Source of the DNA: an uncultured archaeon
GTDB taxonomy: Archaea > Asgardarchaeota > Thorarchaeia > Thorarchaeales > Thorarchaeaceae
DNA length: 64,000 bases
Direction: 5' to 3'
NCBI GenBank assembly: GCA_964558645.1
Contig: CAZLEV010000003.1
Span: 1 to 64,000 of the forward strand
Below the pieces are notes generated by a model. It did not search any database, was not told where the DNA came from, and saw nothing but the letters and a program-made list of their open reading frames with translations. Positions 18,921 to 28,636 of the stretch are shown here, piece after piece; the first letter of the stretch is position 1; each line of letters starts with the position of its first letter. Made by a program: the position numbers and the translations under genes.

Positions 18921-18961
18921 AGGACCGATCAGACCAGAATCTGGTAGTCGGTCCTTTTTTT
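18921..18961 (-). terminator. Two-stem hairpin downstream of the ferritin gene
   Basis: Outer stem AGGACCGA/TCGGTCCT, inner stem ACCAG/CTGGT. A-tract before and T-rich tract after on the minus strand. Confidence 0.5.
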
Positions 18962-18983
18962 GGTGTTCATCTTGGATTGTCTT

Positions 18984-19478
18984 TCAGTCCTCGCGAGCAC
19001 CAAGCTTGGCATCTAGCTGAAACAGTGCAGGTATAGAGTCACCAATCTTCTTGAGCAGGTCCCTGATCCTTGCTGTCTGCTCTTCTTCCTCTACTTGCTC
19101 ATCATAGAACCATTTCAGGAAGGACTGGGTTGCCTTGTCGCCCTCCTTCTCAGCCATCTCGCCGATGTCGTAGATCCGCTTTGAGACCTTCTTCTCGTGT
19201 TCATAGGCGTCTTCGAATGCCGCAAGGGGCGAATCCCATTCTGTCTGTGGTCCTGCAATAGGTTTCATTGTTACCCGCCCGCCTCTATCAAACACGAACT
19301 TGTAGAACCTCATTGCGTGCTCATATTCTTCTTTAGCTTGCATCTCCATCCATCTGGCCATGCCTGCTAGATTCTGTTCCTCCAGCCAGGTCGCCATTGA
19401 CAGATAGATGTATCCGCTGTATAGCTCGAAGTTGATCTGATCATTAATGGTATCTTGTAGGTCTTTGCTAATCTCCAT
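18984..19478 (-). CDS. ftnA: Ferritin (non-heme, prokaryotic)
   Basis: 'QINFELYSGYIYLSM', 'EEYEHA', 'HEKKVS', 'EQVEEE' ferroxidase residues. Confidence 0.95.
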   Translation of the reverse strand: MEISKDLQDTINDQINFELYSGYIYLSMATWLEEQNLAGMARWMEMQAKEEYEHAMRFYKFVFDRGGRVTMKPIAGPQTEWDSPLAAFEDAYEHEKKVSKRIYDIGEMAEKEGDKATQSFLKWFYDEQVEEEEQTARIRDLLKKIGDSIPALFQLDAKLGARED

Positions 19479-19638
19479 TGTTTTGTCCTCTGGATCTTTT
19501 ATCCCGTAGGTCTGAATCTTTAACTATTGTTTATTATAGCTTTCGGTCGCACATTGGAGTTTGGCTTCTCAATCCGTCCAACGAACCTTTTTTACCCGCG
19601 ATATGAGTGAAGGGTAAGAAAGTAGGACGTGCTAGCCC

Positions 19639-22356
19639 ATGTCAGTTTTAAACCCCCTAACAATCATGCTTGAGTTTATCCCTCCGCTTGTTGTGTCGCT
19701 TGCCTATCTTGTGGTATTCAGAGGGAAGAGAAACAGATTCGTGGAAGCATTCATCGCGCTGATGTTCATCAAGACCGTCACCTTCTTCCTCTACGGTATC
19801 TGGTACAATGCCCCTTATCCGTCGGTAGATCAAGGGTTTGACCCAGTCGTGACCTCAAACACATTCTACTGGCTATTGCTCACAGATTTCCTGTTCCAGT
19901 TCTCGTATGCATTACAGGAAATACTGACGTGGGTCATGCTGTCATTCATAGCAGTCTTCTTCGGTATGCTTGTCTTAGCACTCAAGATGGCGCTCCAAGA
20001 CCCGCTCAAGATGAAGTTCAAGAACATCATAAAGCGTATCACAGGGAGTCCTCCCGAGACCGACGGATACTCTGGATTTCGCGATAGGCTTGATCATCTC
20101 TCATTTGAAGGGGTCGATCCCCAGCCACTGGACCCGGAGGTTCAGTCCCGCGCATGGAGTGAGGCGTGGAAGGACTATTTGATAGTTGGTCTAGCTACAC
20201 TTCTCCCATCAATCCCTGTTTATGTCGGCTCGCTCGGCGAATACGTTCTCAGAGTGACGGGTTCTCCAGCATACACTCCGCCAAACGCATACATACTGGG
20301 AGTGCTCATCTTCTTGACATGGATCTATCGATTTGCCTATCCTGCTTCTAACAGAATCGCCAAGGGGGCAGGCCTGAAACTCGGAGACCGTGATATCGGT
20401 TCCGAAATGATGCGGGGCGTACTTGGCTGGTTCTTCAGACTCAATATCCTCCTTACTCTCTTCTCCCTTGCCTCCGACGTTTGGAGGGCAATTCGGACAG
20501 ACACACTTGAGTATCTGGGAGCCTACTACGTAGAGGGCATATTCTCAGCAGCCCCAGCTATTCTATTTGCCATCATAGTTCTCCCTCTTGCGGAGAGATT
20601 CGCTGTGGTTCTCTATAAGACGATATTCGATCGTTTGAACAACTTCAGACAGAAGGTTGCAGGAATCGGCTGGAAGAAGGCTCTCGCCAATTTTGCAGGT
20701 GCTCTTGGAACAGGAGGGATGATTTCAGCCGCCTTCCTTGGAGCAATCATGGGTGTGACTCTGCATACTGCTTTCTGGCTGGGACGGGGCTTTAGGTTAC
20801 TGCCCGGAACTATCGACAGTTTTGTTGCAGACTTGCTCTTCGCGCCCGCCAACAATGCCCAGACCTTGCTTCCAGGATTCTGGGTTCTTCTGATGTTCGG
20901 CCTTCCGCTGGGCATGATGCTTTTGAACGGAGTCATAGGGCACTACGTTCGTGATCGGATTGGAGGAGGGATGGAGGCCTTCGCATTCATCTCGGGTTTG
21001 GTCGTTTCCGTAAGTACGTATTTTGCTATGCCAGGAGTTGACTACATCATCGGTGGCCTTACAAACGAGGTGCAACTAGGAGGTAGCACCTTCTCCAGAT
21101 TCCGTCCTGTATTGGTGATTCCTGGAACGTCTCCACAGGAGTATCTTTTCCGTCTTGCTTTCCAGTTTGTGGTGAACGTTCCAATCTACATATCCGTGTC
21201 ACTGTTTGTTCTCTACTATTTCGAGTACAGGAAAAGATGGAGAGAAGCAACAGGAGATGCTGGGGGGCCGCTGCTCAATGTCGAGCTTCCCGATGTGAAG
21301 CACGCAGTTGGAATGTTCTTTGGCGGACTCGTGATCTCTGCAGGTATTGCATATGTGTTCTCTCTGGTGCTAAATCCTGCCCTACTGAGCTCCATCATCA
21401 CGGGGTTAATCAACGAGATTGGCCTCCCAGACGGGCTAGAGCTAGTACTGGCTGTCACAGGAAGCGAGTTCATCATATTAGCTCAGCATAACATCATTCG
21501 CACGTTGTTGATTCTCGTGATAGGCCCCATCTTCTGGGCACTCGTCCTTTGGCTGGTTGCTGTGGAAAAGCCGAAGTCGGAGGAAAACGTAGCACTCAGC
21601 GCTCTGGTCATGACCGTTTTAGGGTCTGCCATTGCTGTAGTCTGGACCTACCACGATTACGTGACCAGAGTCTTTGTGCCGAGTTACATTGTTGGTGACG
21701 CTAATTGGCCATTCACCTATGCCGCTCATCTTGGTCTTCGTGCCGCAATTGTACTTGGGGCAATCTTTGTTGTCTATGCAATTGTTCTCATTGTCAGGAA
21801 TGCGACTGGTAGAGGTACCGGTGCGTGGTGGTTCCCACCGCTTCTCCTGCTCATCGCAATCGAGTATTTCGTCTACGATGACCAGTTCACATTGATAGCC
21901 ATCATAGTGATGCCGATGATTCTTGCTGCTCTGTACAAGGGCATATTCCACGGAAATGAAGAGATCAGACAGGAGGACGTTCTCATAACTTACATTCGGT
22001 TCAGTCTGATATCTCTGGCAATAGCGGAGGTACTATCAACAGCACTCTGGCTCGGTGGAGAGTTTACACTCCATGTGCTCTTTGCCAACCCCGTTCACTT
22101 CGTTGCCAGGATACTACCCCACGCAATTGTGGAGATTCCTGCGTTTCTTTTCGCGGCCGCGGCCTCGATTCGGATAGGTAGAGAACTGGCACCCATAATC
22201 AAAGAAGAGAACTGGGCCATGATTCCTCAGAAGACAAAGGAGCTACTCAGCAGTGGTCGCCTATGGCGGACTTTTGCTCTTGTGGTGTTCTTCCTCTTGG
22301 TTTCTGCTCTCATCGAGACCAATGTTTCATGGTTGGTCGGTCTATTGTTCAGATAG
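19639..22356 (+). CDS. Large polytopic membrane protein with C-terminal SpoIIM-like domain
   Basis: 905 aa with about 20 hydrophobic segments. C-terminal 'ILPHAIVEIPAF' and 'LLVSALIE' match the SpoIIM (stage II sporulation M) signature. Confidence 0.7.
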   Translation: MSVLNPLTIMLEFIPPLVVSLAYLVVFRGKRNRFVEAFIALMFIKTVTFFLYGIWYNAPYPSVDQGFDPVVTSNTFYWLLLTDFLFQFSYALQEILTWVMLSFIAVFFGMLVLALKMALQDPLKMKFKNIIKRITGSPPETDGYSGFRDRLDHLSFEGVDPQPLDPEVQSRAWSEAWKDYLIVGLATLLPSIPVYVGSLGEYVLRVTGSPAYTPPNAYILGVLIFLTWIYRFAYPASNRIAKGAGLKLGDRDIGSEMMRGVLGWFFRLNILLTLFSLASDVWRAIRTDTLEYLGAYYVEGIFSAAPAILFAIIVLPLAERFAVVLYKTIFDRLNNFRQKVAGIGWKKALANFAGALGTGGMISAAFLGAIMGVTLHTAFWLGRGFRLLPGTIDSFVADLLFAPANNAQTLLPGFWVLLMFGLPLGMMLLNGVIGHYVRDRIGGGMEAFAFISGLVVSVSTYFAMPGVDYIIGGLTNEVQLGGSTFSRFRPVLVIPGTSPQEYLFRLAFQFVVNVPIYISVSLFVLYYFEYRKRWREATGDAGGPLLNVELPDVKHAVGMFFGGLVISAGIAYVFSLVLNPALLSSIITGLINEIGLPDGLELVLAVTGSEFIILAQHNIIRTLLILVIGPIFWALVLWLVAVEKPKSEENVALSALVMTVLGSAIAVVWTYHDYVTRVFVPSYIVGDANWPFTYAAHLGLRAAIVLGAIFVVYAIVLIVRNATGRGTGAWWFPPLLLLIAIEYFVYDDQFTLIAIIVMPMILAALYKGIFHGNEEIRQEDVLITYIRFSLISLAIAEVLSTALWLGGEFTLHVLFANPVHFVARILPHAIVEIPAFLFAAAASIRIGRELAPIIKEENWAMIPQKTKELLSSGRLWRTFALVVFFLLVSALIETNVSWLVGLLFR

Positions 22357-22548
22357 AGCAATCGCATTCTTCGGTCCCTCCGACTCGTATCGTTGGAGGG
22401 ATCCTCTGGTTTCTGGTATCCAACGTGTTGTCCCAATCCTGTTAGTGGACGGCTGTTCGACTCGGATAAGGAGGTCAGACGGCGACGGGTCGGAGGCAAG
22501 AAGATATCCCCAGAAGAGTCATAGACGTAACAGTATGTCGGAATTTTG

Positions 22549-22690
22549 CTTATATTATCTCATAGCTGCTATTCTACCTGTAAGATAATCAGGCGCGCTG
22601 TTGCTAGTTGCTCTAGAAGTTCGAAGCCACCGTTGAACTGACTTTGACTTGAAGCTAGGGAACCAGAACGCGCTAGGAGAATCGAGAGTC
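22549..22690 (+). promoter_or_regulatory. Putative TATA box and long structured 5' leader of the surface-protein gene
   Basis: CTTATATTAT at about 22549; nested complementary segments 22593-22673; GGAGA SD before ATG 22691. Confidence 0.35.
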
Positions 22691-25600
22691 ATGCAATCAC
22701 GAAGGACAAAAAAGCAAGCTCTTTCTCTAGTTGCTGTTATTGTTTTCATGATTTCCATGGTCTATGGAGGTACGTCGGCTGCTGTACGCAGTCCTCTGGC
22801 AACCATTGCCAGTTCACGACCTTCCGCTTCGAGCGAAAATCCATGGTCACATCTTTCCTACGAACTATCCCAAGACTATCCAGATAATGGGACTTTTGTG
22901 GGTTGGAATCAGAATTCAAATAGCACTAGTGATGAGTGGACCTGGGAACATACTAATTGGCTATTCGGACCCAGTCCGAGTTTCAAGGTATATCATGAGA
23001 ATGGATCGCTTCTGACAGCTGATAGCTATGCAGAGATTGACGAAACGATCATCTTTGAAGTAACCATTCCCAACAGCATTTTCACCGGCGGAGCATCATT
23101 AGGCAGAGTTGGGTTCAACGGTTGGTATTTGACATCTGACTGGAACTTTTCAGCGAACTTCGACTTCAGCTTCGATGCCGGACCATATGTTTCCGACCCG
23201 TGGTATGGCTGGAGCAGTCAGTGGAACATGTCAGACGAGGGTGGAACGCCGCTACCCGGTTTCATGGACTTGGTTGTGGAGGGATGTTCCAACCACAGCG
23301 ACTCAACCCACCATTACGTGAACTTCGCTGTAAGGTTCAATGAACACGCTCCGTTGGGTCTCTACGAACTCCACATGAATGTCCAAGACACAGACTACAA
23401 CTGGATTGGATCCTACAACTTTGGATCCGGCTGGGAGTTTCAGGGAATTGCGGTTGGAATCCCACCAGATGAAGCATGGAGCTTCAGCTATGGTGGAAGC
23501 TACACACTTCAAAAGATTGACATGAAAGGTGACGTTCTATATTCGATCAGTCGCGAAGAGGACTTCATCATGCGCTTCAACGTGAGCGATGATGATTTCG
23601 AGTACATAATCCTGAATTTCGACATGCCCGGTGGCATTGACAAACTAGTGAATGTCACAGGATGGCACACAGCAGAGAGAACGACCCCAGGTGCCTGGGA
23701 ATACAACGCAGATCAGGACACCTATGTGTGGAATGCCAGCAAGGAAGTCACCTATTTCGAAGAGGTCTACGGCCCATATCAGGAGCGACGATGGAGCGAT
23801 CTCGGTAACTACATGGAGGTCAACGTGACAGTCATGCGTGAGCAATGGAATGAAACGACCGCTACCTGGGACCGATGGCTTGAGAATGAAACCCAATGGG
23901 TTCAGAAACGGCTGTACTTCATCTATAATATGACAACTGGTTTCGAAACGAGGTTTGGCTACACCTACTGGGGCTGGCCCCACGACGAGCTTAACTATGA
24001 GGACTGGAATGAAGAGATAATGGTATTTGAACCAATTCCTCCCGAACTGCCAATCTTGTATGAGCTAAATACAACCGAGTGTGTTGCACGCCCACTAGGG
24101 AAGGACTATGTTGTTGACTTTGTGGGACACTTTACAGAGAAGATGCCGACGAGCAATCAGTATAGCAATTTCCGGTTCAGGGATACTGTCATGGGCGCAG
24201 AGAACATGTGGTATTCTCCTGCAATTTGGGGTGATAATCCGCGTCAGACGCAAACCGAATACGAGATGGCCAAGCAGATTGCAATTGAGATTCCAGTGAC
24301 AATCGCCAAGCTTCTCCTAGAAGACGGTAGCGAACCAAATGGATGGATGTTCCACGTAGACAAAGGTGAGAACTTCATGGTCCGTGGACGCCTTCAGGGC
24401 GGCAGCGATGTTGCTACTGATATCGACGGCGTTATGTTCGAACTTAATGCCTATGACGGCCACTGGAGCGAAGACGAATCGCGATGGTCAGAGCTCATCT
24501 ATGTCATTCAGTTTGACGCTTCGGGAGTCGCAACTTACAAGGCTTTCAACCATACCCAGAAGTACAACTTCACCTATGGTACATATTGGGACTGGGTGTA
24601 CACCAATAAGACAGGTTGGCACTACGTCTACAATGAAGATACGAATATATGGGAGTGGCAATACGGAGAATACTGGGAATGGGATTGGATGGAGGTTGAG
24701 GACTGGCACTGGCAGTGGTGGTACTACAACCAGAAGGAAGGTAAATGGCAGAAGAACTGGATCAACCGGCGTAGTGCAGAAACAAGAGTTGACGATATCT
24801 TCTGTATGACCTCCGACTACACCAAATGGACATCGGAGGGAGACCTCTTCGTGACATTCCTTGTCAACATGAGTCAGAGTGTTCCTGATACCAACTACTG
24901 GTGGGACTTCGCATTCTTGAACAACACCTGGTATACGGACTACTCCAGTGAATACGGTCAGCACGAGATCATGACTTGGAACCGTGAATGGGTCTATAGC
25001 TTCATGCATGGTGGTCAGAAGGTCTATGTTGAGCCCGTTGACCCCGCTCAGCTTGCATTCGAGTTCGTGGATGGTATTCCAACAGGTGAGACCCAGCTTG
25101 GCACCGAATCTCCCTACATCATCATAGATGGAGTGAAGGAGCCAATAAAGGTCATTGAGAACTACGACCCATGGAGCGGATATACTTGGGAGGAGATGTT
25201 CTTCTATGATCACTGGGATCCTGCGACAGGGAAAGACCACTACAAGTACATACTCAAGAACAATACTGAGATTCCTGTCACATATGCTGAGGCAATCAAC
25301 CTCTACAATGTGACCACTTCCACAGGGGATACTTTCATCACAGCGATGGAATACGAGCGCTGGTGGGATTATGGCGGGACCAGCTATGCTTGGTGGATGG
25401 ACATAAATGGTCAAATCCATCAGGGCAGTTCTGGTTACGAGAAATGGAATCTGGATAGCTTTAGTTTCTACGACAAGGTTGACCTTGAGTTCAGGACTGA
25501 ACGTAAGTACGTCAGGTACGGACTCGATGGAGTCCTGAACATCTCACAGTGGTGGTGGGAGAGCAAAGACAGCACCTACTACATGACTGACCTCGACGGA

Positions 25601-28555
25601 AACCTCCACAAACTTGTCTATGACCCAGCAGACTACAGGTATATGGCCTACCTAGACGGTGCTTGGCAGCATGTCAGCTGGCCTGAGTATTACTACGAGG
25701 GAGAGTATGGAGGCAATGATGTCATACTTGCTACCTGGAACGTTCGACGTTCATGGTACTATGATGATGGTGCTAAGAAACATGAGATGCCATATCCCGG
25801 AGCAAATGCTTACGGTAGCTGGGACCTCAATACCAAGGAGTCTAGTGGCGGCAGCGTTCCGACGGCCAAATCCTTGCTCTACAGCGGCAATGCTTACACG
25901 GTCAATGAGTTGAATGAGACTCACGGGACGGTGAAGATTGCTGGGACTGTGTATACTGTCTATATACTAACAATGCCTCATACAATGGCGAACGGAACCA
26001 GTATCTGGGATCCGCTGCAGGTAGGCTATACAGCCTCCATAGGCACCTACGACAATAGTCTAGGATTCAGTGAGATCGACAAGGTTGCGTACCATGACGA
26101 CTGGGATGGTAATGCTCACTACGACCACTATGATGACTTCTACTACCTACCTCTGGTAAATGGGACCACCTGGATTGTCAATGAAACATACGTGGCCTCT
26201 GTCTTCGAATATGACTACTACGGCGAATCGGTCTATTCGATGCAAGAGTGGCCGTACTGGTATTCATCCGGCAATGAAACGTGGCACGAGTACGAGCTAA
26301 TCAATGGAACTATCATCATTGTGGATGACTACGTAGAGCTCCCCAGAATCGCCTCCTACAGAGTTGAGATCTACTATGATGGATACGACTGGTATGAGTT
26401 CATGGGTCAGCAGTACAACACCACCTATTGGGGAACGAGCTTCCGGGCCTACAAGCTCTTCAATGCAACAATGGGTGGCGATGTCTATGTGAACATGCGC
26501 TGGGGACAATACCAACCATACTACGAGTTCATGTACGATGGTGAACTGAAGGTAGCCAATGCCAGCTATGAGAGCATCAACAAGATGCGTCTCAGGTGGG
26601 GACACAAAATCGTCTATGGGCCCACCCCAATCGAGTCCACCGTGTACAAGAACTTCTACGATGTTGTGATTGGTGTGCCGAAGTGGGGTATGTGGGGCGT
26701 CCAGAGATGGACTGTGAACCAGGACAATGGTGCCCTCGACCTCGACGGCGACCTATCTACGACAGATGACCAGTTCTTCATACGTGAGGAGTACTCCTCC
26801 ACTGATAGCTGGACACACGAGTGGGAATGGATGAACGTCTGGATCGAGTGGAACCCCAATGGTACGCTCTTCGGCGACGAGATGCACATTCAATCTTGGA
26901 TGGGCCTTGATACGTTCACCTGGAGCTACGAATGGAACCAGACATTCTACTGGTACCACGCCTCAGACTTTTCATCTCTGAGCGAAGAAGACATGGAAAG
27001 CGTCAGAGACACACTTCTGACCGAGAATGATGATCCCAAGCCCGGCTATTGGGACATAGCTTGGATGGCCAAGAATGTCACATGGGCAGACATCGTTGCA
27101 GAAGCTGAAGAGCACGGCTGGGACTGGATTACCTCGAACGAGCAGAGCTGGACGTGGCTCTCATTCGGTGTCGGACAGAACTACGGCACCACTGTCATGC
27201 AGGATGATGTAGAGCATTGGCTGGACATCGGAATGCATTACGAGTACAGTGGTCTGATGATCTGGGAGGACAAGAATGAGAACGATATGATGGACGTAGA
27301 CCTCCTGAATCCCGGAAGTGGCGAGTTATCTCACTACTTGATTCCTGACTCTGTGGACGCAGTCAGTTTTGTCACGCCCGGTCAGGCCTACGGAAACTCT
27401 AATTCGTCTGGCTTCATGCACCTGGGTATTACCGACGAGGTCACATGGGGGGTAACATTCTCCGGAATCAACGGAACTGTCTTTCCCTTCACTCTCAGAG
27501 GTTACTGGGGCTGGTATGATGGTATGATGACGGGAAGCGACATGACGACATTCGACGAGCGACCGACCAAGGTGACTGTGGACGAGCTATCGTTTCTTGT
27601 TCACTTCAAAGGCTATCTGAACAGCACCACGATGAACAACTATGCTGATATCAAGGTTGACAACTATGTTGGCAATTGGGAAGTGCACAGACTTGGCGGA
27701 AGAAGCAATCTTGAGAACAGATCTCTCGCTTTGAACTACTTCGCAGATGTGCGCATGTCGGATTTCGCATTCAAGGCGAATGGAACCATGACTGACAGTG
27801 AGTCAACGGTCAGCTCGGATAGTTTCGAGTTTGAAACCGCTGGAGCACGTTTTGCGGAGATGATAATGGGTGGTGTGACGTACGATTGGGGCAAGAACAC
27901 CACTGCTCCTTACGATGTCGTTAGCTACACCACACCCGTGGGAACGTTCCGGACTGCCTTCGAGTCTTCAAGCGGTAAGTCCGCCACTACTTGGTCATCC
28001 AGTTCTAGTATGTTCTATGTGACCATTGGGTTCCCTGAGTGGGGTGGATATAGTGTGTTCCAAGATCCTGTATTCGTGAGCTACGTGTCCAATAGAGGCA
28101 CCACTGGTGGCCCTGGCGAACCTGTGCAGTTCGGCACCTTCAGCATCTCACCCACCGTACCGACAGGTGAAGACACCGTCAGAATCAATGCAGAAGTGTT
28201 TTCAAGTGTCGAGGTGTTTGACGTCGAGTTAGTCTACTGGACTGACACGGAACCGCCAACGGTTGTGAGCATGTGGGAGGAGTCTTCTGGAGTATTCGCC
28301 GGTGACATACCACCCTTTGCTGAAGACACGCAGGTCTACTACAAGATCGTCGTACATACCGAGGCTGGTGTCTATGAATCAGAAGCCCAGTCGTACATCG
28401 TGGGGCAGGGTATCGTTATCACAACGACTACAACTACTACTACGACAACTGGCGAGCCCGGACCCGGTCTGGACCTCGATATGATGGTCCTTCTGGGCGG
28501 TGTCGCACTTGTCGTGGTGATTCTTGGAGTCCTGGTTTCCAGACGCAGAAAGTAG
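22691..28555 (+). CDS. Giant cell-surface/S-layer-like glycoprotein (about 1950 aa)
   Basis: Signal peptide (RRTKK plus hydrophobic stretch). Very W/Y/D/E-rich, many N-x-S/T sequons, DxDGD-type loops, poly-Thr linker, C-terminal TM plus SRRRK. The ORF track starts at 22649. Confidence 0.8.
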   Translation: MQSRRTKKQALSLVAVIVFMISMVYGGTSAAVRSPLATIASSRPSASSENPWSHLSYELSQDYPDNGTFVGWNQNSNSTSDEWTWEHTNWLFGPSPSFKVYHENGSLLTADSYAEIDETIIFEVTIPNSIFTGGASLGRVGFNGWYLTSDWNFSANFDFSFDAGPYVSDPWYGWSSQWNMSDEGGTPLPGFMDLVVEGCSNHSDSTHHYVNFAVRFNEHAPLGLYELHMNVQDTDYNWIGSYNFGSGWEFQGIAVGIPPDEAWSFSYGGSYTLQKIDMKGDVLYSISREEDFIMRFNVSDDDFEYIILNFDMPGGIDKLVNVTGWHTAERTTPGAWEYNADQDTYVWNASKEVTYFEEVYGPYQERRWSDLGNYMEVNVTVMREQWNETTATWDRWLENETQWVQKRLYFIYNMTTGFETRFGYTYWGWPHDELNYEDWNEEIMVFEPIPPELPILYELNTTECVARPLGKDYVVDFVGHFTEKMPTSNQYSNFRFRDTVMGAENMWYSPAIWGDNPRQTQTEYEMAKQIAIEIPVTIAKLLLEDGSEPNGWMFHVDKGENFMVRGRLQGGSDVATDIDGVMFELNAYDGHWSEDESRWSELIYVIQFDASGVATYKAFNHTQKYNFTYGTYWDWVYTNKTGWHYVYNEDTNIWEWQYGEYWEWDWMEVEDWHWQWWYYNQKEGKWQKNWINRRSAETRVDDIFCMTSDYTKWTSEGDLFVTFLVNMSQSVPDTNYWWDFAFLNNTWYTDYSSEYGQHEIMTWNREWVYSFMHGGQKVYVEPVDPAQLAFEFVDGIPTGETQLGTESPYIIIDGVKEPIKVIENYDPWSGYTWEEMFFYDHWDPATGKDHYKYILKNNTEIPVTYAEAINLYNVTTSTGDTFITAMEYERWWDYGGTSYAWWMDINGQIHQGSSGYEKWNLDSFSFYDKVDLEFRTERKYVRYGLDGVLNISQWWWESKDSTYYMTDLDGNLHKLVYDPADYRYMAYLDGAWQHVSWPEYYYEGEYGGNDVILATWNVRRSWYYDDGAKKHEMPYPGANAYGSWDLNTKESSGGSVPTAKSLLYSGNAYTVNELNETHGTVKIAGTVYTVYILTMPHTMANGTSIWDPLQVGYTASIGTYDNSLGFSEIDKVAYHDDWDGNAHYDHYDDFYYLPLVNGTTWIVNETYVASVFEYDYYGESVYSMQEWPYWYSSGNETWHEYELINGTIIIVDDYVELPRIASYRVEIYYDGYDWYEFMGQQYNTTYWGTSFRAYKLFNATMGGDVYVNMRWGQYQPYYEFMYDGELKVANASYESINKMRLRWGHKIVYGPTPIESTVYKNFYDVVIGVPKWGMWGVQRWTVNQDNGALDLDGDLSTTDDQFFIREEYSSTDSWTHEWEWMNVWIEWNPNGTLFGDEMHIQSWMGLDTFTWSYEWNQTFYWYHASDFSSLSEEDMESVRDTLLTENDDPKPGYWDIAWMAKNVTWADIVAEAEEHGWDWITSNEQSWTWLSFGVGQNYGTTVMQDDVEHWLDIGMHYEYSGLMIWEDKNENDMMDVDLLNPGSGELSHYLIPDSVDAVSFVTPGQAYGNSNSSGFMHLGITDEVTWGVTFSGINGTVFPFTLRGYWGWYDGMMTGSDMTTFDERPTKVTVDELSFLVHFKGYLNSTTMNNYADIKVDNYVGNWEVHRLGGRSNLENRSLALNYFADVRMSDFAFKANGTMTDSESTVSSDSFEFETAGARFAEMIMGGVTYDWGKNTTAPYDVVSYTTPVGTFRTAFESSSGKSATTWSSSSSMFYVTIGFPEWGGYSVFQDPVFVSYVSNRGTTGGPGEPVQFGTFSISPTVPTGEDTVRINAEVFSSVEVFDVELVYWTDTEPPTVVSMWEESSGVFAGDIPPFAEDTQVYYKIVVHTEAGVYESEAQSYIVGQGIVITTTTTTTTTTGEPGPGLDLDMMVLLGGVALVVVILGVLVSRRRK
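28421..28450 (+). repeat. ACN codon run encoding a poly-Thr linker
   Basis: acaacgactacaactactactacgacaact = 10 Thr before the membrane anchor. Confidence 0.8.
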
Positions 28556-28562
28556 CACTAGA

Positions 28563-28598
28563 AAGAGGGGCTACGTCCCCTCTTCATTCCTTTTTCTT
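28563..28598 (+). terminator. Hairpin plus T-rich tract after the surface-protein gene
   Basis: AAGAGGGG-ctacgt-CCCCTCTT then CATTCCTTTTTCTT. Confidence 0.65.
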
Positions 28599-28636
28599 AG
28601 AGTCTATTCATTTGAGTAAGCCCATCGATAGCTCAG

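Noticed and set aside
18915-19560. Iron-responsive element or SECIS around the ferritin gene
   Set aside because: No CAGUGN loop and no GA-quartet; the ferritin ORF has no in-frame UGA.
22451-22463. GTTCGACT T-loop-like motif suggesting a tRNA
   Set aside because: No acceptor, D or anticodon stems could be built around it.
24488-25420. 310-aa antisense ORF within the surface-protein gene (also 17774..18457, 40512..41243, 48412..49122 and many shorter ones)
   Set aside because: These are shadow ORFs opposite well-supported genes, with no motifs; codon bias explains them.
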